A stretch of 63,536 nt of DNA, counting the filler. It is 8 parts of 8 records of this genome, joined end to end, with 100 filler letters (N's around TTAATTAATTAA, not from the genome) between each part and the next. Parts side by side here need not be neighbours in the genome. Positions count along the whole stretch, not along the records: positions 34,039 to 47,771 come from SRR11831585_528; 7 more parts are not named here. The stretch is one strand, 5' to 3'. Position 1 is the first letter of the stretch, and each line of letters opens with the position of its first letter. The notes beneath the pieces were generated by a model that searched no databases, was not told where the DNA came from, and worked only from the letters and a program-made list of their open reading frames with translations. Positions 34,039 through 46,518 of this stretch are shown here, one piece after another. The position numbers and the translations under genes were made by a program.

Positions 34039-35937
34039 ACGACCTTCCGTAAAGTACGGCTCCAGCTTGTCACGTAGCACCACAACCTGCATCGCCAGTT
34101 TAATTTCTTCCGGCTCTTTCAGGGTAGAGGCATTCACGCGGTCGCTCAGCACTTCGTCAGATTTCGCCAGAATGTTAGATACACGTTTGTTCGCCGCCGC
34201 CAGTGCAGCAGCTGCATCCAGGGTACGGAAATGCGATACCGCTTTCATACGGGCATCGAAATCAGCCGGACGAGTCGGACGACGCGCCAGTACCGCCTGG
34301 ATGGTGTCAACGGTATAACCTTCGTCCTGATACCAGGCGCGGAAGCGACCGAGCATAAAGTCGATAACATCATCAACTACGTTGGCATTAGTCAGCTTAT
34401 CGCCATACAGACGCACCGCTTCTTCGGTCAGCGTTTGCAGATCAAGGTTGAGGTTCTTCTCAACGATAATTCGCAGCACGCCAAGCGCGGCACGACGCAG
34501 CGCAAACGGGTCTTTGTCGCCTTTCGGATGCTGACCGATACCGAAGATACCCGCCAGGGTATCCATCTTGTCAGCAATCGCCAGCGCACAAGCTACTGGG
34601 TTGGACGGCAGGTCATCACCAGCAAAACGCGGCTGATACTGCTCATTCAGCGCCACCGCGACATCTTCCGCTTCGCCATCGTGACGCGCATAGTGCATCC
34701 CCATAACGCCCTGGGTGTCGGTGAACTCGAAGACCATGTTGGTCATCAGGTCGCACTTAGACAGCAGACCCGCACGGGTAGCGTGGTTAACGTCAGCGCC
34801 AATCTGTTCAGCAATCCAGCCAGCCAGCGCCTGGATGCGGTCAGTTTTGTCGCGCAGCGTCCCCAACTGTTGCTGGAACAACACGGTTTGCAGGCGCGGC
34901 AGGTTATCTTCAAGACGTTTTTTACGGTCGGTGTTGAAGAAGAACTCGGCATCCGCCAGACGCGGACGAACGACTTTCTCGTTACCGGAGATAATCTGCT
35001 GCGGATCTTTCGATTCGATGTTGGCAACGAAGATAAAGTTCGGCAGCAGTTTGCCGTCGTTCGCATACACCGGGAAGTATTTCTGGTCACCTTTCATGGT
35101 GTAAACCAGCGCTTCAGCCGGCACCGCGAGGAATTTCTCTTCGAATTTTGCGGTCAGAACGACCGGCCACTCCACCAGCGAAGCCACTTCTTCCAGCAGG
35201 CTTTCGCTTAAGTCAGCGTTACCGCCAATCTTACGCGCTGCTTCTTCGGCATCGGCTTTAATCTTCGCCTTACGTTCTTCGTAATCGGCGATGACTTTCC
35301 CACGCTCACGCAGAATTTCCGGATACTGATCGGCGTTATCGATGGTGAATTCCGGCTCGCCCATAAAGCGGTGGCCGCGAATCACGCGATCGGACTGAAT
35401 GCCCAGAATGGTTGCCGGAATGACTTTGTCGCCCAGCAGCAGGGTCACGGTGTGCACCGGACGCACGAAGTGCACGTCGCTTGCGCCCCAACGCATCAGT
35501 TTCGGGATCGGCAGTTTCGCCAGAGAAGTCGCAACCATATTCGGCAGCAGTGCTTCGGTGCTTTCGCCCTTCACATGGGCGCGATACAGCAGCCATTCGC
35601 CTTTATCGGTAGTCAGACGCTCAGCCTGGTCAACGGTAATACCGCAACCACGCGCCCAACCTTCTGCCGCTTTGCTCGGTTTGCCTTCAGCGTCGAACGC
35701 CTGGGCAATCGCCGGGCCGCGTTTTTCGATTTCACGATCCGGTTGCGCTTCCGCCAGGTTAGCTACTTTCAGCGCCAGACGACGCGGAGCAGCAAACCAT
35801 TGAACGGTGCCGTGTGCGAGGCCAGCGTTATCCAGCTCCGCAGTAAAGTTCGCAGCAAAGGACTCAGCCAGGCTGCGCAGTGCTTTTGGTGGCAGCTCTT
35901 CAGTGCCGATTTCCACCAGAAAAGTTTTCTCAGACAT
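34039..35937 (-). CDS. glyS: Glycyl-tRNA synthetase beta subunit (3' end truncated)
   Basis: [25 protein letters not shown] motif. Confidence 0.98.
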
Positions 35938-35946
35938 AGCCGCCTC

Positions 35947-36858
35947 TTACTTATCTTTGTTGCACATCGGGAAGCCGAGGGCTTCACGGGAAGCGTAGTA
36001 TGCTTCTGCCACTGCTTTGGTCAGGGTGCGAATGCGCAGAATGTAGCGCTGACGCTCGGTGACGGAGATGGCTTTACGCGCATCCAGCAGGTTGAAGCTG
36101 TGGGCGGCTTTCAGAATACGCTCGTAGGCTGGCAGCGGCAGCGGATTTTCCAGCGCCAGCAGCTGCTGCGCTTCTTTCTCGTACTGCTCGAAGCAGGTGA
36201 ACAGGAAGTCCACATCCGCGTATTCGAAGTTGTAAGTGGACTGCTCCACTTCGTTCTGATGGAACACGTCGCCGTAGGTGGTTTTACCCAGCGGGCCGTC
36301 GCTCCAGACCAGGTCGTAAACGCTGTCTACGCCCTGAATGTACATGGCCAGACGTTCCAGACCGTAGGTGATCTCGCCGGTAACCGGTTTACACTCCAGA
36401 CCACCAACCTGCTGGAAGTAAGTGAACTGCGTCACTTCCATGCCGTTCAGCCACACTTCCCAGCCCAGTCCCCAGGCACCCAGCGTCGGGTTTTCCCAGT
36501 TATCTTCCACGAAACGGATGTCGTGAATAGTCGGGTCCATGCCCAGCTCTTTCAGAGAACCGAGGTACAGCTCCTGAATATTGTCCGGCGATGGCTTAAT
36601 GACCACCTGGAACTGATAGTAGTGCTGTAAACGGTTGGGGTTTTCGCCGTAGCGACCATCGGTCGGGCGACGAGAAGGCTGAACATAAGCAGCCGCCATC
36701 GGTTCTGGCCCCAGCGCGCGCAGACAGGTCATTGGGTGAGAGGTTCCCGCGCCGACTTCCATGTCCAATGGTTGAACAATGGTGCAGCCCTGGCGAGCCC
36801 AGTAATCCTGTAAGGTCAGGATCAAGCCCTGGAAGGTCCTGGTATCAAACTTTTGCAT
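35947..36858 (-). CDS. glyQ: Glycyl-tRNA synthetase alpha subunit
   Basis: 303 aa; [16 protein letters not shown] and EITYGLERL motifs. Confidence 0.98.
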
Positions 36859-36952
36859 ATTATTTCGTGCTGGATACGTGTGGATTTAAAGGAAGGGATC
36901 AGTATACCCGCTGGATGGAAGATATACAGTACGAAACGGGAAAAAGCAGGGC

Positions 36953-37252
36953 TTAACGCATGGAAAGATGCAAAAAATGGCCATCCGCGTCAAAAGAACA
37001 GACAAACTGCTCTTTACGGAAGGTATAACCGCGCATTTCATAGCTTCCCTGGAACTGTTCGAAGGCGGTGACGTCGATTTTTTGCTCGCCGGTGTTATAA
37101 CGTTTTGCCGCCTGATCCTTGCATAACGCTTCCATATTCAACGAACGCAGAGGATCAACCTTTACCCGTTGTGCTTTCTGCACGGGTGACGGTATAGAAC
37201 AACCCACTAGCACCATAAGCGCCATTGCCGGAAAGAAAGCGTTCATCATCAT
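36953..37252 (-). CDS. ysaB: Lipoprotein YsaB
   Basis: 99 aa; LVGC lipobox; position between glyQ and wecH. Confidence 0.92.
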   Translation of the reverse strand: MMMNAFFPAMALMVLVGCSIPSPVQKAQRVKVDPLRSLNMEALCKDQAAKRYNTGEQKIDVTAFEQFQGSYEMRGYTFRKEQFVCSFDADGHFLHLSMR

Positions 37253-37426
37253 TAAATTACCGTCTGGTTTGCAGGTGAGTCTTATTATTTATATCGGTAT
37301 AGTGGCTGATATCTTACGAATTTCCTTAAGCCTCTATAAGCTGTAGTGATAAAACTCAGATTATTCCAGTGCGCCAACCAAATGATTTATCGGTCAGACT
37401 TTTTTTAACCAGATACAGAGACACAG

Positions 37427-38422
37427 ATGCAGCCCAAAATTTACTGGATTGATAACCTGCGAGGGATAGCGTGTTTAATGGTGGTGATGATTCACACCAC
37501 TACCTGGTATGTGACCAATGCTCATAGTGTTAGCCCCGTCACATGGGATATCGCCAATGTTCTGAATTCTGCCTCTCGTGTCAGCGTGCCGCTATTTTTC
37601 ATGATTTCCGGCTATCTCTTTTTTGGCGAACGCAGCGCCCAGCCGCGCCATTTCTTGCGTATCGGCTTATGTCTGATTTTTTATAGCGCAATCGCACTGC
37701 TCTACATTGCGCTGTTTACCTCCATCAATATGGAGTTAGCGCTGAAAAACCTGCTGCAAAAGCCAGTGTTTTACCACTTGTGGTTTTTCTTCGCGATTGC
37801 GGTGATTTATCTGGTTTCACCGCTGATTCAGGTGAAGAACGTCGGCGGAAAAATGTTGCTGGTGCTAATGGCGGTGATTGGCATTATCGCTAACCCAAAC
37901 ACAGTGCCGCAGAAAATTGACGGTTTTGAATGGCTGCCAATTAACTTATATATCAATGGCGATACTTTTTACTACATTCTGTATGGCATGTTGGGCCGCG
38001 CTATAGGGATGATGGACACACAGCATAAAGCACTGTCGTGGGTGAGCGCCGCGCTGTTTGCGACGGGGGTTTTTATTATCTCTCGCGGGACATTATATGA
38101 ATTGCAGTGGCGCGGAAATTTTGCCGATACCTGGTATCTTTACTGTGGGCCGATGGTTTTTATCTGCGCAATCGCGCTATTGACTCTGGTTAAAAACACG
38201 CTGGATACGCGTACCATTCGCGGACTTGGCTTAATCTCCCGCCATTCATTGGGTATATACGGATTCCACGCCTTGATTATCCATGCGCTGCGCACCCGGG
38301 GAATTGAGCTTAAAAATTGGCCAATACTGGATATTATTTGGATCTTTTGCGCGACGTTGGCAGCGAGTTTGTTACTTTCTATGCTGGTACAACGAATCGA
38401 CAGAAACAGATTAGTGAGTTAA
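37427..38422 (+). CDS. wecH: ECA O-acetyltransferase (acyltransferase-3 family)
   Basis: 331 aa; IDNLRGIA...[10 protein letters not shown] and HLWF motifs. Confidence 0.95.
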
Positions 38423-38426
38423 GTAA

Positions 38427-38456
38427 AAGCCCGGTCACATTGGACTGACCGGGCTT
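38427..38456. terminator. Hairpin between convergent wecH and yiaA
   Basis: AAGCCCGGTCA...TGACCGGGCTT. Confidence 0.6.
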
Positions 38457-38463
38457 ACGTGAG

Positions 38464-38901
38464 TTATTCGCTGTATTCTTCCTGGGTAACCTGTGTTTCT
38501 TTTGGTGGGTTTATTCCGGCATCACGAATATTTTTCTGCACCGCTACTGCACCAAACAAGCTTAAGAAGAAAGCCAGTCCATAAAAACCTTTTTCGCTGA
38601 GTAATAATGTCGCATTCCACAGACCTACCATCAGTAATGCAACAGAGATAATAAAGACAGTCAGGCAGGTCATATAATAAATGGAAGTGGTCGGTATGCC
38701 TTCATACTTGTCCCGAACGGTCTTTTGATAAGACGCCGCAGAAAACAGTCCTAATACCAGTACGGCAAAATAATATCCTTTTTCATTTAACTGCATCTCT
38801 GCATTCCATAGCCCTAACAGATAGGTAACGATACCACCAACGAGAGCTATCCATGACACAATACTAAAGGCCGGTGAATAGGTTGATATTTTGTTGTCCA
38901 T
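38464..38901 (-). CDS. yiaA: Inner membrane protein YiaA
   Basis: 145 aa; two YiaAB repeats (GLWNA...EKGYY/EKGFY). Confidence 0.94.
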
Positions 38902-38946
38902 CACAGTATTCCTTTCATTCCTGAATATGTAAGAGCTTTATGTTGC

Positions 38947-39288
38947 TCATGCCGAGCGAAACAAACGCATTTGACCAAACAAGCAGACAAAAAAGGCGAT
39001 GGGATAGATCACCATTTCATAAGTATTGATAGGTGCGTTTAAAACACCGATAAACAAGAGACCGATAGTGATTAACGCAACTAACTGGCAGATATGGGTA
39101 AAAAAATCATCCAGTTGCCCGAGTTTTTCTGCGCGAAGATATGCATAGTTGCCAAAAGTTGCTGTCATTAACACGCCAAGAAAATAGCCTTTTCCACTTA
39201 ACAATGGGCATGAGATCCATAGCCCAACCAGATAAACCAGCGCCCCGACAACAAATAATAGTTTTGCCACAGTCTTTGAGGTTTTCAT
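38947..39288 (-). CDS. yiaB: Inner membrane protein YiaB
   Basis: 113 aa from ATG at 39288; YiaAB repeat (GLW...GKGYF). Confidence 0.92.
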   Translation of the reverse strand: MKTSKTVAKLLFVVGALVYLVGLWISCPLLSGKGYFLGVLMTATFGNYAYLRAEKLGQLDDFFTHICQLVALITIGLLFIGVLNAPINTYEMVIYPIAFFVCLFGQMRLFRSA

Positions 39289-39456
39289 AACGATCTCCAT
39301 ATCTACCAGCGATACATTACGAGTAACCAACGAAAGACAAAACTGAAAAATGCCATTAACAAATGATTTTCAGAATAAATTCATACTAAATATTAATTAA
39401 TTACTGAGATATATAGATGTGAATTATCCCCCACCCGGTCAGGCAGGGGATAACGT

Positions 39457-40911
39457 TTACGCCATTAATGGCAGAAGTTGCTGATAGAGGCGACGGAACG
39501 TTTCTCGTCGTGGCTGATAAGCGGCATAACGCTGCGCATCTGGTAGATGCGACTGTTCTAACGGTAGTTGCGGCAACAATTCAATGAGCGATTTCTCTGG
39601 ATTCGCCGCGATCTGCGCCAGCCTTGCTGCGCCCAGTGCTGGCCCCACATCCCCCCCCGTACGGTAATCGAGCTGCTGACCGCTGATATCCGCCAGCATC
39701 TGACGCCAGTACTCACTACGCGCCCCGCCCCCAATCAACGTAACACTTTGCGGTTTAATACCGCAGGCATGCACGACATCCATGCCATCTGCCAGCGCAT
39801 AACCCACGCCTTCCAGCACTGCTCGCGCCAGTTCATTGGGGCCATGTTGATGAGTCAAACCAAAGAAAACCCCCTTCGCCTGGGGATTATTGTGTGGCGT
39901 ACGCTCGCCGGAAAGATAAGGCAGAAACCAAACTGGCTCGGCACTTTCATCAGCCTGTTGAGCTGCAGCGATTAAAGCTGGGACATTGCTCAGGCCGGTT
40001 AATTTCGCGGCCCAATCCAGACACGACGCTGCACTCAGCATCACAGACATTAAATGCCAACGTTGCGGTAGCGCATGGCAAAAGCTATGTACGGCGCTTT
40101 CTGGCTTGCTTAAGAACCCTTCGCTGACAGCAAAATAGACCCCCGACGTCCCCAGCGATAACATTGCCTGATTAGCATCAACCATTCCCACACCAACTGC
40201 ACCAGCTGCATTGTCGCCACCGCCTGCGACAACTGGCACCGTCGCCATACCCCACGCTTTCGCAACTTCAGGTAACAAAGCACCAGTAATTTCGCTGCCT
40301 TCGTATAATGCGGGCATCTGGTCACGAGATAAGTCGCAAGCCTGCAGCATGACGTCACTCCAGTCACGCTTTGCGACATCCAGCCACATGGTGCCAGCTG
40401 CGTCAGACATATCGCTGGCAAACTCCCCCGTCATACGCAGACGCAAGTAATCTTTCGGTAATAATACTTTGTCGATTTGACGGAATATCTCCGGCTCATG
40501 CCGCTGAACCCATAGCAATTTAGGCGCAGTAAATCCGGGCATCATCAGGTTGCCGGTAATCACCCGCGATTGCGGAACTCGCGCTTCCAGCAAAGTGCAC
40601 TCTTGCGCACAGCGCCCGTCGTTCCACAAAATGGCAGGGCGTAACACCCGTTGCTGAGCATCCAGCAAGGTTGCTCCGTGCATCTGGCCGGCAATACCCA
40701 ATGCTTTAACGTCCTGCAGAGAATGCTGATCGCCCAGAGCTTTCATTGCGCGATCAGTTGCCTGCCACCACTGTTCCGGGTCTTGTTCCGACCAGAGTGG
40801 ATGCGGGCGCGAAACGGTCAGCTTTTCCGTTTGCGCAGCAACCACCTCACCCTGCTCGTTGAGCAAAATAACTTTTACGCCCGAGGTGCCAAGATCTATC
40901 CCGATATACAT
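39457..40911 (-). CDS. xylB: Xylulokinase
   Basis: 484 aa FGGY kinase; GIDLGTSG, GQMHG and GGGARS motifs. Confidence 0.98.
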   Translation of the reverse strand: MYIGIDLGTSGVKVILLNEQGEVVAAQTEKLTVSRPHPLWSEQDPEQWWQATDRAMKALGDQHSLQDVKALGIAGQMHGATLLDAQQRVLRPAILWNDGRCAQECTLLEARVPQSRVITGNLMMPGFTAPKLLWVQRHEPEIFRQIDKVLLPKDYLRLRMTGEFASDMSDAAGTMWLDVAKRDWSDVMLQACDLSRDQMPALYEGSEITGALLPEVAKAWGMATVPVVAGGGDNAAGAVGVGMVDANQAMLSLGTSGVYFAVSEGFLSKPESAVHSFCHALPQRWHLMSVMLSAASCLDWAAKLTGLSNVPALIAAAQQADESAEPVWFLPYLSGERTPHNNPQAKGVFFGLTHQHGPNELARAVLEGVGYALADGMDVVHACGIKPQSVTLIGGGARSEYWRQMLADISGQQLDYRTGGDVGPALGAARLAQIAANPEKSLIELLPQLPLEQSHLPDAQRYAAYQPRRETFRRLYQQLLPLMA

Positions 40912-40982
40912 ATCGATCGTTCCTTAAAAAAATGCCCGGTATCGCTACCGATAACCGGGCCAACGGACTGCACAGTTAGCCG

Positions 40983-42305
40983 TTATTTGTCGAACAGATA
41001 ATGGTTTACCAGATTTTCCAGTTGTTCCTGGCGACCACTCTGATGCACCGGAGACAAATGATGTTCCTGAGCATATTTGGCTAAATCTGCCAGTGACATT
41101 TGGCCTTTCAGGATTTGCTGGCCCAATTCGCTATTCCAGCCGGAATAACGCTGCGCGATGCGTTTATCCAGCTCGCCATCTTCAATCATGCGCGCTGCAA
41201 TTTTCAGCGCCAGTGCCATCGTATCCATCGCGCCGATATGACCGTAAAACAGATCATATTTATCAGTACTTTGACGACGTACTTTGGCATCGAAGTTCAG
41301 ACCACCGGTGGTGAAACCGCCTGCTTTGAGAATTTCATACATCACCAGCGCATTCTCTTCCACACTGTTCGGGAACTGGTCGGTGTCCCAGCCCAGTTGC
41401 GCATCGCCACGGTTGGCGTCGACAGAACCGAACAGGCCAAGCGCAATGGCGGTGGCTATTTCATGATGGAAAGAGTGACCTGCCAGCGTCGCGTGGTTAG
41501 CTTCAATGTTCAGTTTAATCTCTTTTTCCAGACCAAACTGTTTCAGGAAGCCATAGACCGTCGCGGCATCGTAATCATATTGATGTTTGGTCGGTTCTTG
41601 CGGTTTCGGTTCGATAAGCAACGTGCCCTGGAAACCGATTTTATGTTTATGCTCAACCACCATCTGCATAAAGCGGCCCAGTTGTTCACGCTCCTGACGC
41701 AAGTCGGTATTTAACAGCGTTTCGTAACCTTCACGACCGCCCCACAGGACATAGTTTTCACCGCCCAATTTATGGGTTGCTTCCATCGCTGTAACAACTT
41801 GCGTTGCCGCCCAGCTGAAGACTTCAGGATCTGGGTTCGTCGCCGCACCCGCGCCGTAGCGAGGGTTTGTAAAGCAGTTGGCCGTTCCCCACAGCAGCTT
41901 CACGCCGCTCTCTTCTTGCTTGCCTGCCAGGACATCAACCATTTGCGCAAAATTATTGATGTACTCTTTTAACGACGCGCCCTCAGGGGAAACATCCACA
42001 TCGTGGAAGCAATAAAATGGCACATGTAACTTGTGGAAAAACTCAAATGCGACATCTGCTTTACGCTTCGCCAACGCCAGTGCCTCACCAGGCTGCTGCC
42101 ACGGACGATTAAACGCCCCCACACCAAACATATCCGCCCCGTTCCAGCAGAAGGTGTGCCAGTAGCAGGCGGCAAAACGCAAGTGCTCTTCCATACGCTT
42201 ACCCAACACCAGTTCGTCGGGATTGTAGTGACGGAATGCTAACGGGTTTGAGGATTTTGAGCCTTCATAACGAACGCGATCGAGCTGGTCAAAATAGGCT
42301 TGCAT
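40983..42305 (-). CDS. xylA: Xylose isomerase
   Basis: ATG at 42305 gives 440 aa; FHD, WGGREG, EPKP and DTDQF motifs. Confidence 0.98.
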
Positions 42306-42379
42306 ATTGAACTCCATAATCAGGTAATGCCGCGGGTGATGGATGATGTCGTAATATTGGGCACTCCCTTTCAGTTGCT

Positions 42380-42577
42380 CAATTATGTTATTTCACACTG
42401 CTATTGAGATAATTCACAAGTGTGCGCTCGCTCGCAAAATAAAATGGAATGATGAAACTGGGTAATTCCTCGAAGAGAAAAATGCAATAAGTACAATTGC
42501 GCAACAAAAGTAAGATCTCGGTCATAAATCAAGAAATAAACCAAAAATCGTAATCGAAAGATAAAAATCTGTAATTG
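42380..42577. promoter_or_regulatory. xylA/xylF divergent control region: XylR direct-repeat sites and a central CRP-like site
   Basis: Minus-strand TGTGAATTATCTCAAT...TGTGAAATAACATAAT (42380-42418); plus-strand AAAAATCGTAAT/AAAAATCTGTAAT repeats (42543-42576); TAAGA-N6-TCATA (42511-42526). Confidence 0.7.
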
Positions 42578-42670
42578 TTTTCCCCTGTTTAGTTGCTAAA
42601 AATTGGTTACGTTTATCGCGGTGATTGTTACTTATTAAAACTGTCCTCTAACTACAGAAGGCCCTACACC

Positions 42671-43663
42671 ATGAAAATAAAGAACATTCTACTCACCCTT
42701 TGCACCTCACTCCTGCTTACCAACGTTGCTGCACACGCCAAAGAAGTCAAAATAGGTATGGCGATTGATGATCTCCGTCTTGAACGCTGGCAAAAAGATC
42801 GAGATATCTTTGTGAAAAAGGCAGAATCTCTCGGCGCGAAAGTATTTGTACAGTCTGCAAATGGCAATGAAGAAACACAAATGTCGCAGATTGAAAACAT
42901 GATAAACCGGGGTGTCGATGTTCTTGTCATTATTCCGTATAACGGTCAGGTATTAAGTAACGTTGTAAAAGAAGCCAAACAAGAAGGCATTAAAGTATTA
43001 GCTTACGACCGTATGATTAACGATGCGGATATCGATTTTTATATTTCTTTCGATAACGAAAAAGTCGGTGAACTGCAGGCAAAAGCCCTGGTCGATATTG
43101 TTCCGCAAGGTAATTACTTCCTGATGGGCGGCTCGCCGGTAGATAACAACGCCAAGCTGTTCCGCGCCGGACAAATGAAAGTGTTAAAACCTTACGTTGA
43201 TTCCGGAAAAATTAAAGTCGTTGGTGACCAATGGGTTGATGGCTGGTTACCGGAAAACGCATTGAAAATTATGGAAAACGCGCTAACCGCCAATAATAAC
43301 AAAATTGATGCTGTAGTTGCCTCAAACGATGCCACCGCAGGTGGGGCAATTCAGGCATTAAGCGCGCAAGGTTTATCAGGGAAAGTAGCAATCTCCGGCC
43401 AGGATGCGGATCTCGCAGGTATTAAACGTATTGCTGCCGGTACGCAAACTATGACGGTGTATAAACCTATTACGTTGTTGGCAAATACTGCCGCAGAAAT
43501 TGCCGTTGAGTTGGGCAATGGTCAGGAACCAAAAGCAGATACCACACTGAATAATGGCCTGAAAGATGTCCCCTCCCGCCTCCTGACACCGATCGATGTG
43601 AATAAAAACAACATCAAAGATACGGTAATTAAAGACGGATTCCACAAAGAGAGCGAGCTGTAA
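42671..43663 (+). CDS. xylF: D-xylose ABC transporter periplasmic binding protein
   Basis: ATG at 42671 gives 330 aa with a signal peptide (AHA-K). Confidence 0.97.
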   Translation: MKIKNILLTLCTSLLLTNVAAHAKEVKIGMAIDDLRLERWQKDRDIFVKKAESLGAKVFVQSANGNEETQMSQIENMINRGVDVLVIIPYNGQVLSNVVKEAKQEGIKVLAYDRMINDADIDFYISFDNEKVGELQAKALVDIVPQGNYFLMGGSPVDNNAKLFRAGQMKVLKPYVDSGKIKVVGDQWVDGWLPENALKIMENALTANNNKIDAVVASNDATAGGAIQALSAQGLSGKVAISGQDADLAGIKRIAAGTQTMTVYKPITLLANTAAEIAVELGNGQEPKADTTLNNGLKDVPSRLLTPIDVNKNNIKDTVIKDGFHKESEL

Positions 43664-43740
43664 GCGTTACGCCCCAGCGCGGAGCGGGGGCGTGATTTCT
43701 CTCCATGCCGCGTGAATGAATTGGCTTAGGTGGAGTCGTT

Positions 43741-45282
43741 ATGCCTTATCTACTTGAAATGAAGAACATTACCAAAACCTTCGGCAGTGTGAAGGCGATT
43801 GATAACGTCTGCTTGCGGTTGAATGCTGGCGAAATCGTCTCACTTTGTGGGGAAAATGGGTCTGGTAAATCAACGCTGATGAAAGTGCTGTGTGGTATTT
43901 ATCCCCATGGCTCCTACGAAGGCGAAATTATTTTTGCGGGAGAAGAGATTCAGGCGAGTCACATCCGCGATACCGAACGCAAAGGTATCGCCATCATTCA
44001 TCAGGAATTGGCCCTGGTGAAAGAATTGACCGTGCTGGAAAATATCTTCCTGGGTAACGAAATAACCCACAATGGCATTATGGATTATGACCTGATGACG
44101 CTACGCTGTCAGAAGCTGCTCGCACAGGTCAGTTTATCCATTTCACCTGATACCCGCGTTGGCGATTTAGGGCTTGGGCAACAACAACTGGTTGAAATTG
44201 CCAAGGCACTTAATAAACAGGTGCGCTTGTTAATTCTCGATGAACCGACAGCCTCATTAACTGAGCAGGAAACGTCGATTTTACTGGATATTATTCGCGA
44301 TCTACAACAGCACGGTATCGCCTGTATTTATATTTCGCACAAACTCAACGAAGTCAAAGCGATTTCCGATACGATTTGCGTTATTCGCGACGGACAGCAC
44401 ATTGGTACGCGTGATGCTGCCGGAATGAGTGAAGACGATATTATCACCATGATGGTCGGGCGAGAGTTAACCGCGCTTTACCCTAATGAACCACATACCA
44501 CCGGAGATGAAATATTACGTATTGAACATCTGACGGCATGGCATCCGGTTAATCGTCATATTAAACGAGTTAATGATGTCTCGTTTTCCCTGAAACGTGG
44601 CGAAATATTGGGTATTGCCGGACTCGTTGGTGCCGGACGTACCGAGACCATTCAGTGCCTGTTTGGTGTGTGGCCCGGACAATGGGAAGGAAAAATTTAT
44701 ATTGATGGCAAACAGGTAGATATTCGTAACTGTCAGCAAGCCATCGCCCAGGGGATTGCGATGGTCCCCGAAGACAGAAAGCGCGACGGCATCGTTCCGG
44801 TAATGGCGGTTGGTAAAAATATTACCCTCGCCGCACTCAATAAATTTACCGGTGGCATTAGCCAGCTTGATGACGCGGCAGAGCAAAAATGTATTCTGGA
44901 ATCAATCCAGCAACTCAAAGTTAAAACGTCGTCCCCCGACCTTGCTATTGGACGTTTGAGCGGCGGCAATCAGCAAAAAGCGATCCTCGCTCGCTGTCTG
45001 TTACTTAACCCGCGCATTCTCATTCTTGATGAACCCACCAGGGGTATCGATATTGGCGCGAAATACGAGATCTACAAATTAATTAACCAACTCGTCCAGC
45101 AGGGTATTGCCGTTATTGTCATCTCTTCCGAATTACCTGAAGTGCTCGGCCTTAGCGATCGTGTACTGGTGATGCATGAAGGGAAACTAAAAGCCAACCT
45201 GATAAATCATAACCTGACTCAGGAGCAGGTGATGGAAGCCGCATTGAGGAGCGAACATCATGTCGAAAAGCAATCCGTCTGA
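43741..45282 (+). CDS. xylG: D-xylose ABC transporter ATPase
   Basis: 513 aa; GENGSGKS and LSGGNQQK motifs. Confidence 0.97.
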
Positions 45283-46441
45283 AGTGAAATTGGCCGTACC
45301 GACATCCGGTGGCTTCTCCGGGCTGAAATCACTGAATTTGCAGGTCTTCGTGATGATTGCAGCTATCATCGCAATCATGCTGTTCTTTACCTGGACCACC
45401 GATGGTGCCTACTTAAGCGCCCGTAACGTCTCCAACCTGTTACGCCAGACCGCGATTACCGGCATCCTCGCGGTAGGAATGGTGTTCGTCATAATTTCTG
45501 CTGAAATCGACCTTTCCGTCGGCTCAATGATGGGGCTGTTAGGTGGCGTCGCGGCGATTTGTGACGTCTGGTTAGGCTGGCCTTTGCCACTTACCATCAT
45601 TGTGACGCTGGTTCTGGGACTGCTTCTCGGTGCCTGGAACGGATGGTGGGTCGCGTACCGTAAAGTCCCTTCATTTATTGTCACCCTCGCGGGCATGTTG
45701 GCATTTCGCGGCATACTCATTGGCATCACCAACGGCACGACTGTATCCCCCACCAGCGCCGCGATGTCACAAATTGGGCAAAGCTATCTCCCCGCCAGTA
45801 CCGGCTTCATCATTGGCGCGCTTGGCTTAATGGCTTTTGTTGGTTGGCAATGGCGCGGAAGAATGCGCCGTCAGGCTTTGGGTTTACAGTCTCCGGCCTC
45901 TACCGCAGTAGTCGGTCGCCAGGCTTTAACCGCTATCATCGTATTAGGCGCAATCTGGCTGTTGAATGATTACCGTGGCGTTCCCACTCCTGTTCTGCTG
46001 CTGACGTTGCTGTTACTCGGCGGAATGTTTATGGCAACGCGGACGGCATTTGGACGACGCATTTATGCCATCGGCGGCAATCTGGAAGCAGCACGTCTCT
46101 CCGGGATTAACGTTGAACGCACCAAACTTGCCGTGTTCGCGATTAACGGATTAATGGTAGCCATCGCCGGATTAATCCTTAGTTCTCGACTTGGCGCTGG
46201 TTCACCTTCTGCGGGAAATATCGCCGAACTGGACGCAATTGCAGCATGCGTGATTGGCGGCACCAGCCTGGCTGGCGGTGTGGGAAGCGTTGCCGGAGCA
46301 GTAATGGGGGCATTTATCATGGCTTCACTGGATAACGGCATGAGTATGATGGATGTACCGACCTTCTGGCAGTATATCGTTAAAGGTGCGATTCTGTTGC
46401 TGGCAGTATGGATGGACTCCGCAACCAAACGCCGTTCTTGA
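45260..46441 (+). CDS. xylH: D-xylose ABC transporter permease
   Basis: 393 aa; IDLSVGS and EAARLSGI motifs. Confidence 0.97.
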
Positions 46442-46518
46442 TTTTGATAAAAATTTTCTCAAAGCCGGTTACGTATTACCGGTTTTGAGTTTTTGCATGA
46501 TTCAGCAGGAAAAGAACC

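Noticed and set aside
34231..36630. Long antisense ORFs (326 aa and 419 aa) opposite glyS/glyQ
   Set aside because: They are codon-aligned shadow ORFs of highly biased genes, with no recognisable motifs. The 419-aa ORF spans the junction only because glyQ and glyS are in frame.
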